NCBI GenBank assembly: GCA_032128875.1
Contig: JAVLKG010000001.1
Coordinates: forward strand, 32,001-96,000
DNA from: Candidatus Melainabacteria bacterium 17Bon1m
Lineage (GTDB): Bacteria; Cyanobacteriota; Vampirovibrionia; Obscuribacterales; Obscuribacteraceae
Direction: 5' to 3'
Length of the DNA: 64,000 nt
Numbering within the stretch: position 1 is the first letter of the stretch; the number at the start of each line of letters is the position of its first letter. The translations under genes and the position numbers were made by a program. Shown here one piece after another: positions 29,149 through 39,477 of the stretch. Below the pieces are notes generated by a model. The model worked only from the letters and a program-made list of their open reading frames with translations. It ran no database searches and was not told the DNA's origin.

Positions 29149-29916
29149 TTACTTCTTAGGCTCGTTTTTCTGGTCCGTCGATTTTTGGTCGGCCTTTCCA
29201 TCCGGCTTGGCGCTTGAGGATGTGCCCGCTGCGGCGCTGTTGCTCATTCCCGATTCCATCCTCACTCTTTCTTCCTGGACGATTTGGGCAACAATCGACT
29301 TGACTTTCGGCGTTACTACTTCGCCTGTCATCTGGGCCGACTCTTGCATTACTTGCGGCAAAACATCGAGAGCCTTCTTGCCAGCTTCTGTCTGATAGAA
29401 GTCAGAAATGTCATTCAACTCTTTTGCTGTGAAGTACTTGTCATAGACCTGTGTCGAAATCGACTCGAGTACGTCAGGAAGATTTATTTCTTTGGGAAGC
29501 AATTCTCTGTAGCGGCTAAACATGCGGGTTGATGAGGCGACAACTTGCTGCATCAGCTCGTTTTTCTGCTGGTCACCATATCGAGGATCTTCTTGGATGG
29601 AGCGGGCCAAATTTAGTTCGAAACTCTTCTGCCCTTGCGCCAAAAGCATGTCATACATCTTGTCGGCCACTTGAGGAAGACGAGTAACATCCATTAATCG
29701 CCTGATTGCATCTCTCTTTTCCGGTGACAGTTTTGCTTGAGCTGCGGTCGTTGCCGGCATGTTTGCTTCCGAAGGCGCTGGCGTCGTGGAAGGTGGAGCC
29801 GCTGAAGCCGATCTTTGGCAGCCAATTGAAATTGTCGTTGAAACCAGGACCACCAAAGATATACGGCACAAATCTCTGTGACTCATTTTCCCCTCCGCAG
29901 AATTCAAACAAATCAT
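29149..29916 (-). CDS. Exported DUF2059-like protein
   Basis: Signal peptide; VYDKYFTAKELNDISDFYQTEAGKKALDVLPQVMQES. The start may be the later Met (MSHRDL). Confidence 0.8.
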   Translation of the reverse strand: MICLNSAEGKMSHRDLCRISLVVLVSTTISIGCQRSASAAPPSTTPAPSEANMPATTAAQAKLSPEKRDAIRRLMDVTRLPQVADKMYDMLLAQGQKSFELNLARSIQEDPRYGDQQKNELMQQVVASSTRMFSRYRELLPKEINLPDVLESISTQVYDKYFTAKELNDISDFYQTEAGKKALDVLPQVMQESAQMTGEVVTPKVKSIVAQIVQEERVRMESGMSNSAAAGTSSSAKPDGKADQKSTDQKNEPKK

Positions 29917-29980
29917 ACCTGATTTGCTTCATCCCTTAGATTGCGTTGGAAAACTCTACTTTGCGATGAATTGGAAAACT

Positions 29981-31525
29981 CTATTTCGCGTTGAAAATGA
30001 GCAGGCTCACGACTTTAGGCGCTGTCGTCTTGCTGGTGTATGCCAATTGGAAGCTCACCTGGCTGATTGGATAAACGTAGTTTTGGCCGCCTCTGGATTG
30101 TGGTTCGGAGAGGATAAAGGCTGGTTCGCCAAACTTTTGTTTGACGGTAGCAAGGTCGTCTCCCAGCTTCACGCCGAAGTCTTGCGAGATGAGTGTTGTG
30201 TCGAAAATTCTAATCGCCTCTACTTGTCCATTGCGTGAATAAATTTGCAACGAGACTTCGTCGTTGCCTGCCTTTTGCAGTGACCAGACAGACCAGTCGT
30301 TGACTTTTGTCTTGTTGAGCTGACCCTTGCCGGCAAGGGCTTTGTTGGTTTCTGATTCGGAAGTTCCAAGGCGAACAAGAGGAATGCCCGTCACCACGCT
30401 TGGTGGCAGCAAAGCAATTTCGATCGGCTTGCCTTTATCGAAAGCATCAGCGTGGGACTGCTTTGGCGAAGACATCGACAAAATTGAGTTGTCCCGACCG
30501 AGGAATTCTCTGACATGTTTGAAAAGACTCGGCTCTGCCGGTGGTCTTTGAGCAACCATATTACCTTCGGCGACCCCGCCAAAAGGTTGTGACATTGGTG
30601 CAGCCGGTGCAGGCGGAACAGGGCGAGCAGTTGACGCTATCTTTTCAGATGGTTTTGCTACTTCTGACGCGGAGGATTCTTCGTCACCCATGGACGAGAA
30701 TTGAGAACCGCTGCCGGCCTTGTCATATTCCGTGATAAGCGGATTGGTCGAAATTACCTTGGAGGCTTTCTGCTCGTTGCGAAAAGCGGCGCCGGGGGCA
30801 TGGCGTTCGTCTGCGGGTTGATTACGAGCGGCGTTTGCATACATATTACCGCCGGCTCCTGCTTGAGCGCGGCCCACATTTTGCGCTAGTTGCTGTGCTT
30901 CTTCCAGCTTTTTGGCGACGTCGAACAATTTACTGCTCGAGGCTGTCAGACGTTGTCGGGCTTCGGGCGAGAGCCGATTGGTAATTTCGGTCGTGTCGAA
31001 ATTTTGAATGCCTCTACTGTTTGATACTTGATACGCGTTTGGTATGCTCGCGCCTGCGTTTGTGCTGGGCAGACCTGCGCCTATTGAAGCCGAACGGCTC
31101 ATTTTGCCCATAGGCTCTGCCATCGCCAGCGTTGTTTTTCTGTCGGCTTTGACTTTCGCTCTCGTCTTTTCCTTCAATGAGCTTTCCGGCGGTCTGATGG
31201 CGAGAAGTTGATCTGTTGTACCCGCGCTGGGAGAAGGCGCCGCGAGTGGGCTTTGCTGATACTGGAATGTTTGCTTGTTGCGAGACATAGCAATTTGAGG
31301 CAAATTGCGCATACGGCTGAGAATATCTTCGAGCAGTTTCACTCCCGCATGCGGTGGAGAAATGCGGGAGTGGTGAACGGCTACTTTAGCAACTGGAGCG
31401 GACTTTTGCGGAGCTGCACCGGCAATGTTTGCCAGCGAGATGGAGACAGCGATCAACAAAGTTGCGCTTGCGCTGATTTTGTTTACCGTAGATCGATTTG
31501 CTTTTGATCTGCTCTGTCTATTCAT
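29981..31525 (-). CDS. Hypothetical exported protein with a disordered middle and a globular C-terminus
   Basis: Signal peptide ending AGA-A; C-terminal GVKLGDDLATVKQKFGEP motif. Confidence 0.7.
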   Translation of the reverse strand: MNRQSRSKANRSTVNKISASATLLIAVSISLANIAGAAPQKSAPVAKVAVHHSRISPPHAGVKLLEDILSRMRNLPQIAMSRNKQTFQYQQSPLAAPSPSAGTTDQLLAIRPPESSLKEKTRAKVKADRKTTLAMAEPMGKMSRSASIGAGLPSTNAGASIPNAYQVSNSRGIQNFDTTEITNRLSPEARQRLTASSSKLFDVAKKLEEAQQLAQNVGRAQAGAGGNMYANAARNQPADERHAPGAAFRNEQKASKVISTNPLITEYDKAGSGSQFSSMGDEESSASEVAKPSEKIASTARPVPPAPAAPMSQPFGGVAEGNMVAQRPPAEPSLFKHVREFLGRDNSILSMSSPKQSHADAFDKGKPIEIALLPPSVVTGIPLVRLGTSESETNKALAGKGQLNKTKVNDWSVWSLQKAGNDEVSLQIYSRNGQVEAIRIFDTTLISQDFGVKLGDDLATVKQKFGEPAFILSEPQSRGGQNYVYPISQVSFQLAYTSKTTAPKVVSLLIFNAK

Positions 31526-31596
31526 TTATTGTCCCGTACTGTCCTGGTCTGTGTCATCCTTTCAACTCTATTTTGTACATGATCCTATCGCTGGCA

Positions 31597-32310
31597 CTAT
31601 GTGCTGGCTTTAGTTTCTTGTGACAATTTTGATTCCCAGTCGTCCAACTCCGACTGATTGATGAGACCGCGCTTGGTTGATAAGAAGACGGCGCGACATC
31701 TTTGATTGAACTCGGTATCGTGCGATTCGCCACGTCCCGGTATTCCAAGTTTGGCATACAGAGACTTGAGTCGGCTTTGTACAGCTTTCTCTGTTAAGTA
31801 CAAACGTTTGGCAATCGCGTGATCAGTCATGCCCAGCGCGATACAGACAAGTGCTTCGTATTCGGCTGTTGTTAAGTTGGTGGCTCTGTTTTGTGTGCGC
31901 TGAATGACCCGAGCGATACCAGGGTGAATCCAGCAATCGCCGGACAAAACAGCTTTGGTCGCTTCTACGACTTGCTCGTTGGACGCGTTTTTCAAAACGT
32001 AGCCGAAAACGCCGTTTGGAGGCACGACTTTCCAGAGCTGGCGGACATATACTTCGTCCGAGAAGTTGGAAAGCATGATGATGCCGGTATTCGGCAGGGA
32101 ATTCAAGATTTGCTCGGCAGCCTTAATGCCCGAGAGATGCGGCATTTTGATATCCAAAAAGACCAGTGGCGGCTTCAATTTGGCTGCCATATCTACGACT
32201 TGTTGCCCATCATGGGCTTCTTCCACCGGCAAATTGTCGGGGAAATGCTCCGTGAGCAGGCTCTTAAGCCAGTTGCGGTCTCTTTCTTCATCATCAGCGA
32301 TGAGTATCAT
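31597..32310 (-). CDS. NarL/FixJ (LuxR-HTH) response regulator
   Basis: ILIADD, LDIKMP, GYVLK, LTTAEYEAL...IAKRLYLTEKAVQSRLKSLYAKLG. Confidence 0.93.
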   Translation of the reverse strand: MILIADDEERDRNWLKSLLTEHFPDNLPVEEAHDGQQVVDMAAKLKPPLVFLDIKMPHLSGIKAAEQILNSLPNTGIIMLSNFSDEVYVRQLWKVVPPNGVFGYVLKNASNEQVVEATKAVLSGDCWIHPGIARVIQRTQNRATNLTTAEYEALVCIALGMTDHAIAKRLYLTEKAVQSRLKSLYAKLGIPGRGESHDTEFNQRCRAVFLSTKRGLINQSELDDWESKLSQETKAST

Positions 32311-34184
32311 GTTGCATCCACCTTTTTAACTGGGTTTTCGTCCATGTTTATCTTAAGGCTCAATTCAGTGCCTGAGGGAAACTTGACAGGCTTTTTCCAC
32401 TCAACCTGAGCGCCTATTAATTGAGCGCGCTGGCGAATGTTGAGTAGTCCGTGTGAATCCTTGCGGATCAGTTTTGGGTCGATGCCCCTTCCATTGTCCG
32501 TGACGGCGATCGTCAGCTGTTGGTCGATTTTCTCTATCTTTAGCTCGACGACCGATGCTTTGGAATGTTTCCCCACATTATTCAGCGCTTCCTGGACAAT
32601 TCGATAAAGCTGCAGTTTCGTGAAATTGGTGATCTTGTAATCATCGTGTCCGTCTCCGTCCATGAAATTGCCTTCGATTTCGTGGTCGCGAGTCAGTATC
32701 GAAAGCAAGTTTTCCAGCGCTGATTTAAACCCCATAGTCTCGAGAACCGAGGGGTGCAGATCGTTGATTACACGGCGCATCTCAATGACGGCCTGGTCGA
32801 GTTTTTCTCTCATTTGTCTGGGCACTGGATTGTCATCGAGGTCGGCAGAAAGCTTATCCGCCATGCGCGCGACCGCCGAAAGTGCGGGCAGAGTTTCATC
32901 ATGCAAATCTTCAGCGATGCGCTGTCTTTCTTCCTCGGCGCGCACTTGCATTGACTCTCGAGCTTGCGCGAGTTCTTTGTTTCGCTGCCGTAAGTCAGTA
33001 TCCAAATAAATGAATGTTCCCAGTGAAAAACCGAGGGTAAGCACTGCCAGCGGTGGCACAACAGGAAGCGCCATGTGAAAGCCTTCGAAAAGAATTTGCG
33101 CTGTTCCTACCAACACCATTCCAGAAGTTAGATAGGTGGCGGTTCTTGTGCTTAGTGGCAAGATTGACGCAACCGCCCCGAATGCAGCGCCGAGAAGAAG
33201 CAACAAGTGGTGCGCGATGTTTTTGGGAAAACTGTATATAACCTGATTGTCCAGCAGTGTTTGAATGGCGTCTGCATGCATGACCACGTCGGGAACATTG
33301 TCCTCCAGAGGCGTGCGTCTTTTGAATGGTTCTTCCCGTCTCTTTGTGAAGGAGCAGCCGATCATCACAATTCTGTCTTTGAATTTGCTTCCGTCAAAGT
33401 CGCTTTCGAGCACATCGCGGAAGGAAACGGACGGATATTGAATCCGGCGGAAATTGATGTATGCAGGCTGATCTGATTGGAAGTTCAAGATCTGCGTCGA
33501 GGGACCAACACCTTTGATTTGGCGGTGCAGATTGATGACTGCTTCTGTCAAAGACGGCACCGGGGCTGCGCTTATAGATGAAGTATCGATGTCGCCTTGC
33601 GAATCTCGGTAATTGACTGGCAGCCTGCAAATCAAGCCGTTGTTCTCTTGAATCAGCTCGTCATAACCATATGCGCGGACGTTGTTCATAATCGTCCGGC
33701 TCGGTAAATCCGTGCTGCCCTCGAGGCTGCCGAAAAGTCCGATCACTACATTGTTGTATTTGCGAATCACGCTAATCAAGTCTGTGTTTGCCGCGCCGCG
33801 CAAATCCAGGTCGATCACAATAATCGCTGGCCCCTTCTTCTCTATATTCTCAATCGCTGTTGCGAGAACACTTTGCGCGTGGTCATCGTTGAAGCGGGCA
33901 ATACCGATGTCGAATTGAGATAAGTCGTCGAAGTCTATGATGCTGATGTCTCGCGACTCAGCCGGGCGTTGGACGGCTGAGTACAATTTTTGCGAAACTC
34001 GATAGCGCCACTCCAACATGCTCAGTTCCATGCTTTCCAAAACCGTGGACTCAGCGAGTAATAGTGTTGCTACGCATCCTGCCAGCGCTCCCCAGAACAA
34101 TCTCTGGAAAAGTAAGCTATCTCGCCCATGTATCCACATGGACGGTATCAACAGTCGTTTTATAGATGCGAGTAACACCCTCAT
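32307..34184 (-). CDS. CHASE2-domain sensor histidine kinase (HisKA_3 type)
   Basis: CHASE2-like FKDRIVMIG, VVMHADAIQTLL; EEERQRIAEDLHD; YRIVQEALNNVGKHS; DNGRG. ATG at 34184 chosen; stop overlaps the regulator start. Confidence 0.92.
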   Translation of the reverse strand: MRVLLASIKRLLIPSMWIHGRDSLLFQRLFWGALAGCVATLLLAESTVLESMELSMLEWRYRVSQKLYSAVQRPAESRDISIIDFDDLSQFDIGIARFNDDHAQSVLATAIENIEKKGPAIIVIDLDLRGAANTDLISVIRKYNNVVIGLFGSLEGSTDLPSRTIMNNVRAYGYDELIQENNGLICRLPVNYRDSQGDIDTSSISAAPVPSLTEAVINLHRQIKGVGPSTQILNFQSDQPAYINFRRIQYPSVSFRDVLESDFDGSKFKDRIVMIGCSFTKRREEPFKRRTPLEDNVPDVVMHADAIQTLLDNQVIYSFPKNIAHHLLLLLGAAFGAVASILPLSTRTATYLTSGMVLVGTAQILFEGFHMALPVVPPLAVLTLGFSLGTFIYLDTDLRQRNKELAQARESMQVRAEEERQRIAEDLHDETLPALSAVARMADKLSADLDDNPVPRQMREKLDQAVIEMRRVINDLHPSVLETMGFKSALENLLSILTRDHEIEGNFMDGDGHDDYKITNFTKLQLYRIVQEALNNVGKHSKASVVELKIEKIDQQLTIAVTDNGRGIDPKLIRKDSHGLLNIRQRAQLIGAQVEWKKPVKFPSGTELSLKINMDENPVKKVDAT

Positions 34185-34253
34185 CCTGGTCCCCAAAAAA
34201 GCAGTTTCACCTGCTCCAACTGTAGTCTAGCGCGGTCGTTTCGGCAATTGGCT

Positions 34254-34265
34254 GGGGTAAACCCC
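34254..34265. promoter_or_regulatory. Palindromic candidate operator GGGGTAAACCCC
   Basis: Identical 15-mer GCTGGGGTAAACCCC upstream of both VIT-vWA paralogues. Confidence 0.55.
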
Positions 34266-34515
34266 GGAACTGCTGAGCCCTTCCTCCTTGCATCCAGATA
34301 CCCTTTTACCCCGGAAATTGGCATGCGCGCTATCGCAAGCATATAGCTCACAGGCCGGCAAATTGTAGGCATATAGATTGATGCACCCAGGTCACGCTTC
34401 GGGAAAACCCCAGAGCGGGACACCTCTTCTTCCCAAAGACTTGCCGCGCTGTAGTCCGTAGTCTGGTTATAGGAGTGCCCAGGCATTTTTTGCGGCAATT
34501 GACGAGGTATTAGAT

Positions 34516-37059
34516 ATGAAGCGTTTGGCTCTTGCATCCATGCTGGCGGTGGGCATTGGTTTGCTGCCACCCCCACAAGCATCTCGGGCATCAGGTTTTA
34601 TTGTTGTAGACCCTTCTTTTGGCGGAGGCGCCGCTGTTATGGCTCCGGTGCCTGCCATCGGTGTGCCGCCTGTGCGCCCTGGCGTCGTCCTTCGCCCGCT
34701 GACACCACGGATTGGAAGACCCGTTGTTACTCCGACGCCGCCTGCTCGCCCGATTTTGAAGGGAGGCGTTGCATTCGGTCTTCATATGGAAGCCGAGTCA
34801 ATAAAAGTGGACATCACCGATCAAGTGGCGAAAACGTATATTGTTCAGACTTTCAAAAACGACACCGATCGCAATCTCGCCGGCACCTATTTATTTCCTT
34901 TGCCTGAGGACACCACATTTAGTTCTTTCTCTTTGCACATTGACGGCAAACCGGTGGAAGGGAAAATACTCGAAGCGGCGGAGGCGAGGCAGCAATATGA
35001 AACCATCGTGCGCCAAATGGTTGATCCTGGATTGCTCGAATATGCGGATCATAAAACAGTAAGAGCGCGAATTTTTCCAATTCCCGCGCATGGAACGAAG
35101 AAGGTCGAGCTTGAATACACGCAACTGTTAAAGGCTGAAAACGGGCTTTTAAAATATCAGTTCCCGCTTAAATCCAAGGGGGGAGACGATCCTGTCGGCG
35201 AAGTAAAAATCGACATGAAGCTGCAGTCAAAACAAGGGTTGCGTACAATCTGGTCGCCAACGCACTCGATCACATCCTCGCGCTCGACAGACAGTCTTGC
35301 TAAAGTCGCTTTTCTCGGCAGAGGAATCGTGCCGGATAAGGACTTTCTTCTCTATTACAGCGTTTCCGACAAGTCGATGGCGGCCAATGTCTTAACTCAC
35401 AAAGCTGTTGGTGAAGACGGTTATTTTCTGCTGACCTTGTCACCGCCGATGAAATCAGAACAAGTCGTGGCGAAGGATATAGTCCTGATTGCTGATACTT
35501 CAGGGTCGATGCAAGGTGAGAAAATAGTCCAGCTAAAACACGCTCTTAAGTATGTTGTAAACGCGCTCAATCCTGCCGATCGATTCTCGATTGTTCAATT
35601 CAATACTGATGCTGAAGCGCTCAAATCACAATTGATGCAGGCGACCCCAGAGAATAAAAAAGCCGCTGTTGCATTCATCGACGACCTTGATGCTCGCGGT
35701 GGTACCAACATTGGCGACGCTCTATCCATGGGAACGACCATGTTGAGCCAAGCAACTGATCGCCCCGGATTTCTCGTCATGATGACCGATGGCGAACCCA
35801 CTGTGGGTGATACGGAGATCGGCAGTTTGCTCAATAAAGTGAAGTCGAAGCGCGACATTCGCGTGTTCGATTTTGGCGTTGGCAATGACATCGATACTCG
35901 GTTGCTCAATCGTTTGGCAGAAGAAAATCACGGAACAGCTCAGTATGTTTCTCCTGAAGAAAACATCGAGACAGCTCTTTCCAGTTTTTATCAAAAGATC
36001 AAGAGCCCGGTCCTGAGCGATGTTTCAATAACCTATGACGGCATCCAAGTCAAAGACACATATCCGCGTTCTGTCAAAGATATTTTCCAAGGAACACAGG
36101 TTTTGATTCTAGGAAAGTACAAAAATGGAGGCAACGCGCATCTCAACATCTCCGGCAAAGTAAACGGAGTCGCGAAAGCTTATAGCTTTCCGCTGTCTTT
36201 TGCTTCGCAGGAAGCAGGTCATACTTATTTGCCGCGTTTGTGGGCAATGCGCCGAATCGGCTATTTGACCGAAGTTGCGAAGGCTAATGGTGACAATCGC
36301 GAAGTCGTCGATGAGATCGTCGGTCTTTCTAAAAAGCACGGCATTATCACTGCGTACACTTCTTTCCTGGCTACCGACCCTAACGAGGGCAGACCGATGG
36401 CACGACCGGTTCCACGGCCGATTAGTGCCTTCAACGGAGCTCCACGGCGTATGCGCGCCGAGGATGCGCGTCCTGTCATGAGTTTTGTACCCGGTGGCGG
36501 TGGCGCATCATTTGGCTCTTCTGCATCCATTGGTTCTTCCGCCGGACCCGGTGTTTCCGGACGTGTAGCCGCCAAGGCACGTTTCTATAGAGCCCCAGCA
36601 ATGAGTGCCATGCCCGCGCCCTCCGAGGAAGATTCTGCCGTCGCTTACGAGGGCGCTGGAGACAAGGCAGCCAGCTTTAACGGTCGATGGCTCAAGAAAT
36701 CCGAGGCGTCCTATTCGCTGGCGCGTCAGATTGCTCAGGCTCCGTATAATGGCGCGGCTGCGGTCGCTAGAGAGAAGGAGCTTCTGAAGCTAAAAACCAA
36801 AGACGTCATTTCTGACCGCGAAAGCAAGCAATCCGGTATGAAGTGGATTGAGGGCAAAACCTTCTATCTGCGCGACGGATTTTGGACCGACAGCGCGCTT
36901 TTGGAAGGCTCTCACCTGCAGCCGGAAGTGATTCAGTTCGGTTCGACAAAATATTTCGAACTGGTGAAGAAACATCCAGGCATCACGAAATTCCTCGGAG
37001 CTGGACCAAAAGTCATGGTTCTTTTCGAAGGTAAGTGCTTGAAAATCGTTACACCATAG
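34516..37059 (+). CDS. Exported VIT (vault inter-alpha-trypsin) and vWA domain protein
   Basis: Signal peptide; GTYLFPLP...EARQQYE...GLLEY (VIT); MIDAS DTSGSM, GGTNI, TDGEPTVG. Confidence 0.93.
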   Translation: MKRLALASMLAVGIGLLPPPQASRASGFIVVDPSFGGGAAVMAPVPAIGVPPVRPGVVLRPLTPRIGRPVVTPTPPARPILKGGVAFGLHMEAESIKVDITDQVAKTYIVQTFKNDTDRNLAGTYLFPLPEDTTFSSFSLHIDGKPVEGKILEAAEARQQYETIVRQMVDPGLLEYADHKTVRARIFPIPAHGTKKVELEYTQLLKAENGLLKYQFPLKSKGGDDPVGEVKIDMKLQSKQGLRTIWSPTHSITSSRSTDSLAKVAFLGRGIVPDKDFLLYYSVSDKSMAANVLTHKAVGEDGYFLLTLSPPMKSEQVVAKDIVLIADTSGSMQGEKIVQLKHALKYVVNALNPADRFSIVQFNTDAEALKSQLMQATPENKKAAVAFIDDLDARGGTNIGDALSMGTTMLSQATDRPGFLVMMTDGEPTVGDTEIGSLLNKVKSKRDIRVFDFGVGNDIDTRLLNRLAEENHGTAQYVSPEENIETALSSFYQKIKSPVLSDVSITYDGIQVKDTYPRSVKDIFQGTQVLILGKYKNGGNAHLNISGKVNGVAKAYSFPLSFASQEAGHTYLPRLWAMRRIGYLTEVAKANGDNREVVDEIVGLSKKHGIITAYTSFLATDPNEGRPMARPVPRPISAFNGAPRRMRAEDARPVMSFVPGGGGASFGSSASIGSSAGPGVSGRVAAKARFYRAPAMSAMPAPSEEDSAVAYEGAGDKAASFNGRWLKKSEASYSLARQIAQAPYNGAAAVAREKELLKLKTKDVISDRESKQSGMKWIEGKTFYLRDGFWTDSALLEGSHLQPEVIQFGSTKYFELVKKHPGITKFLGAGPKVMVLFEGKCLKIVTP

Positions 37060-37097
37060 GTAGTGGCATTTCGATTCTGCTGCGTGTCACGCATTTT

Positions 37098-38648
37098 CTA
37101 CTGCGTGGCACGCACCTTTTCTTGCGGAGTCGGATCTTTAGAGCGGCCGAAAGGCACTCTAAACCAGAATGTAGAGCCTTCATGCTTCTTGCTGTGCACG
37201 CCGATATCACCGCCCATCAAGTCAACATAGCTTTTGGCGATACTCAGACCGAGACCTGTTCCGCCGAACAGCCTCGTTGTGGAAGGATCAGCTTGTACGT
37301 ACGGTTGGAAGAGGCGCTCGATGGTGTCTTCGCTCAGTCCAATTCCAGTGTCCGTTACTTTGAATTCGATTAAGAGTGTATTGTCTTTCGCCTCGACAAG
37401 ATTTGCCGATATGTAAACAGAACCCTTCTCTGAGAATTTAACGGCGTTGCTAGCGAGGTTTAGCAAAATCTGCCTGATTCTCAATTCGTCACCGGAAATA
37501 GTTTCCGGAATATCGGGATCGACAATTGAGCGCAGTGTCAAGCCTTTCTTGGTGCGCTCAGGGTTGATCATTCGAATTACGTCAATGATTGTTGATCGCA
37601 AAGAGAAGTCTCTGTACTCAAGATTTACCTTGCCTGCTTCAACTTTCGAGAAGTCCAGCAATTCGTTTAGGACGCTGAACAAACTCTGAGAAGCCTCCAA
37701 AACTGCATCAGCGATACTCTGTGCTGATTCCGGCAACTCTTCTTCTTGAGTGAGGATCTCAGCTAATGCAATGATGCCGCCTAAGGGGGCGCGAATTTCA
37801 TGACTGACTGTTGAAATAAAACTGCTCTTTAACCTGCTTGTTTCTTCGAGAGTCAACAGTTGTGCTTGCAACGTGTCATTCTCATCTCGCAACCTTTTAT
37901 TCTTGGTTATATCGCGAAGGATTGTCGATGCACCAATCACTTCCCCGTTGCTCCCGAATATGGGAGAGATTGTGAGGGAGACGTCTATGCGTTCTCCGTC
38001 TTTTCTAAGACGAATCGTCTCATAAGGCTGTATTTTTTCGCCTTTTCTCAGCTTTTCCAAAAGACGCGGCTCTTCGTCAGGCATCTCAGGTGGTATCAAT
38101 ATTTCTATGGACTTTCCGACCATCTCGTCTGCGGTATATCCAAAAATCTCAGTTGCGCCCTTATTCCAAGTTTGAATAATACTGTTCAAATCCTTGCTGA
38201 TAATGCCGTCTTCCGAAGAATCGACTATCGCTGCGAGCATGGCCCGGTCGCGAGAAGTTTTAGATTGATTGGTAATATCGCGCGCGATTTTCGACCCGCC
38301 CACCAGTGTTCCAGACTCGTCATACACTGGAGAAACCGTCAGGGAGATGTTGATGAGCTGCCCATCTTTACGACGCCTAATGGTCTCGTAATGTTCGATT
38401 TTTTCACCGCGTTTCAGCTTGGAGATAATCTCGTCTTCTTCAGAAAGCAGATGTTCCGGTATCAGGGTGGTAATTGATTTTCCGACCATCTCCTCGGCTG
38501 TGTAGCCAAAAATACGCTCAGCTCCTCGATTCCAGGTCTGAACGATGCTTTGCAGATTTTTACTAATAATGGCATCTTCGCTAGACTCGACAAGTGAGGC
38601 TAGCAATGACTGCATCTGACTGGCGTTCAGCCGATTTAAATCTCCCAT
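37098..38648 (-). CDS. Cytoplasmic PAS-PAS histidine kinase
   Basis: Two SSEDxIISK...WNxGA..IFGY PAS repeats; VSHEIRAPL; NLASNAVKFS; GGTGLGL. Confidence 0.95.
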   Translation of the reverse strand: MGDLNRLNASQMQSLLASLVESSEDAIISKNLQSIVQTWNRGAERIFGYTAEEMVGKSITTLIPEHLLSEEDEIISKLKRGEKIEHYETIRRRKDGQLINISLTVSPVYDESGTLVGGSKIARDITNQSKTSRDRAMLAAIVDSSEDGIISKDLNSIIQTWNKGATEIFGYTADEMVGKSIEILIPPEMPDEEPRLLEKLRKGEKIQPYETIRLRKDGERIDVSLTISPIFGSNGEVIGASTILRDITKNKRLRDENDTLQAQLLTLEETSRLKSSFISTVSHEIRAPLGGIIALAEILTQEEELPESAQSIADAVLEASQSLFSVLNELLDFSKVEAGKVNLEYRDFSLRSTIIDVIRMINPERTKKGLTLRSIVDPDIPETISGDELRIRQILLNLASNAVKFSEKGSVYISANLVEAKDNTLLIEFKVTDTGIGLSEDTIERLFQPYVQADPSTTRLFGGTGLGLSIAKSYVDLMGGDIGVHSKKHEGSTFWFRVPFGRSKDPTPQEKVRATQ

Positions 38649-38843
38649 TTCGCCGACTGCCTTCCCGCCCCTTTCGGATCCCCTGTGCTCTATGGACTAG
38701 GCGTGCGGAACCCACTGAAAGTTCCAGCTATTACAGAACTATAATAGCTGGAAAATCGGTTGTCACATTGTGCAATTGGATACGAACAGTTTGCCATTCG
38801 CCGTTTATTACACTTAGTTGCTTCCTGCGGCAGCCTGGAGGCT

Positions 38844-39182
38844 TTACTGCGGCACTGTTTGAGCTGTTCCTGCAACCGATCGAGCCGGTTTGTCCAATTT
38901 TGACACCGGCGGTGCGTCGCCCTGAGCTACAACATTTGGCTTGATGACAAAGTTTTGGTACGCATAAACGACGCCTGAAACGGCTGAGGCGATAAGAGCC
39001 ACTATCAGCATGCTGACGAAAGTCGAGCCTGGTTCATGAACGCCTGTGAGCTGACTAATTCGCCTTTTCAGCTCCGGATCGTCCGGATGGTACCAGACTA
39101 GATTCTGGCGCGTGCATCGTGCGCAGCGAGTCGAGTACTTTTTCATGACGTTGCCGCAGTCCGCGCACAGAATGACTTTCAA
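38844..39182 (-). CDS. Small zinc-ribbon membrane protein
   Basis: CADC...CARC followed by one TM helix. Confidence 0.65.
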   Translation of the reverse strand: MKVILCADCGNVMKKYSTRCARCTRQNLVWYHPDDPELKRRISQLTGVHEPGSTFVSMLIVALIASAVSGVVYAYQNFVIKPNVVAQGDAPPVSKLDKPARSVAGTAQTVPQ

Positions 39183-39335
39183 CTGAAATCTCCGCCAATA
39201 CCAGTGTCTATTTTATTAGTCTTTGAACTCAGGTTAAATAGCCTCACGCGGGATGTCAAGTTGAATTTCCTGAATATTTGGCTGTTTGCGCAATTAATTT
39301 GGCTTTAGCGTAGAGATCGAAGAGCGGGTAAAAAG

Positions 39336-39351
39336 CTGGGGTAAACCCCAG
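39336..39351. promoter_or_regulatory. Palindromic candidate operator CTGGGG-TAAA-CCCCAG
   Basis: Inverted repeat about 125 bp upstream of the second VIT-vWA gene. Confidence 0.55.
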
Positions 39352-39477
39352 TTTGCTAAGCACGCTTATCCTGGCGAATCAGGTGCAGGGATTCCGTAAG
39401 CTGATAGAGCGGCATTCCGCCTAACCGGCTGCTTTGCTCGTTTGAAGTAGTCGCGGCGAAGACAATGAGGTCAGATA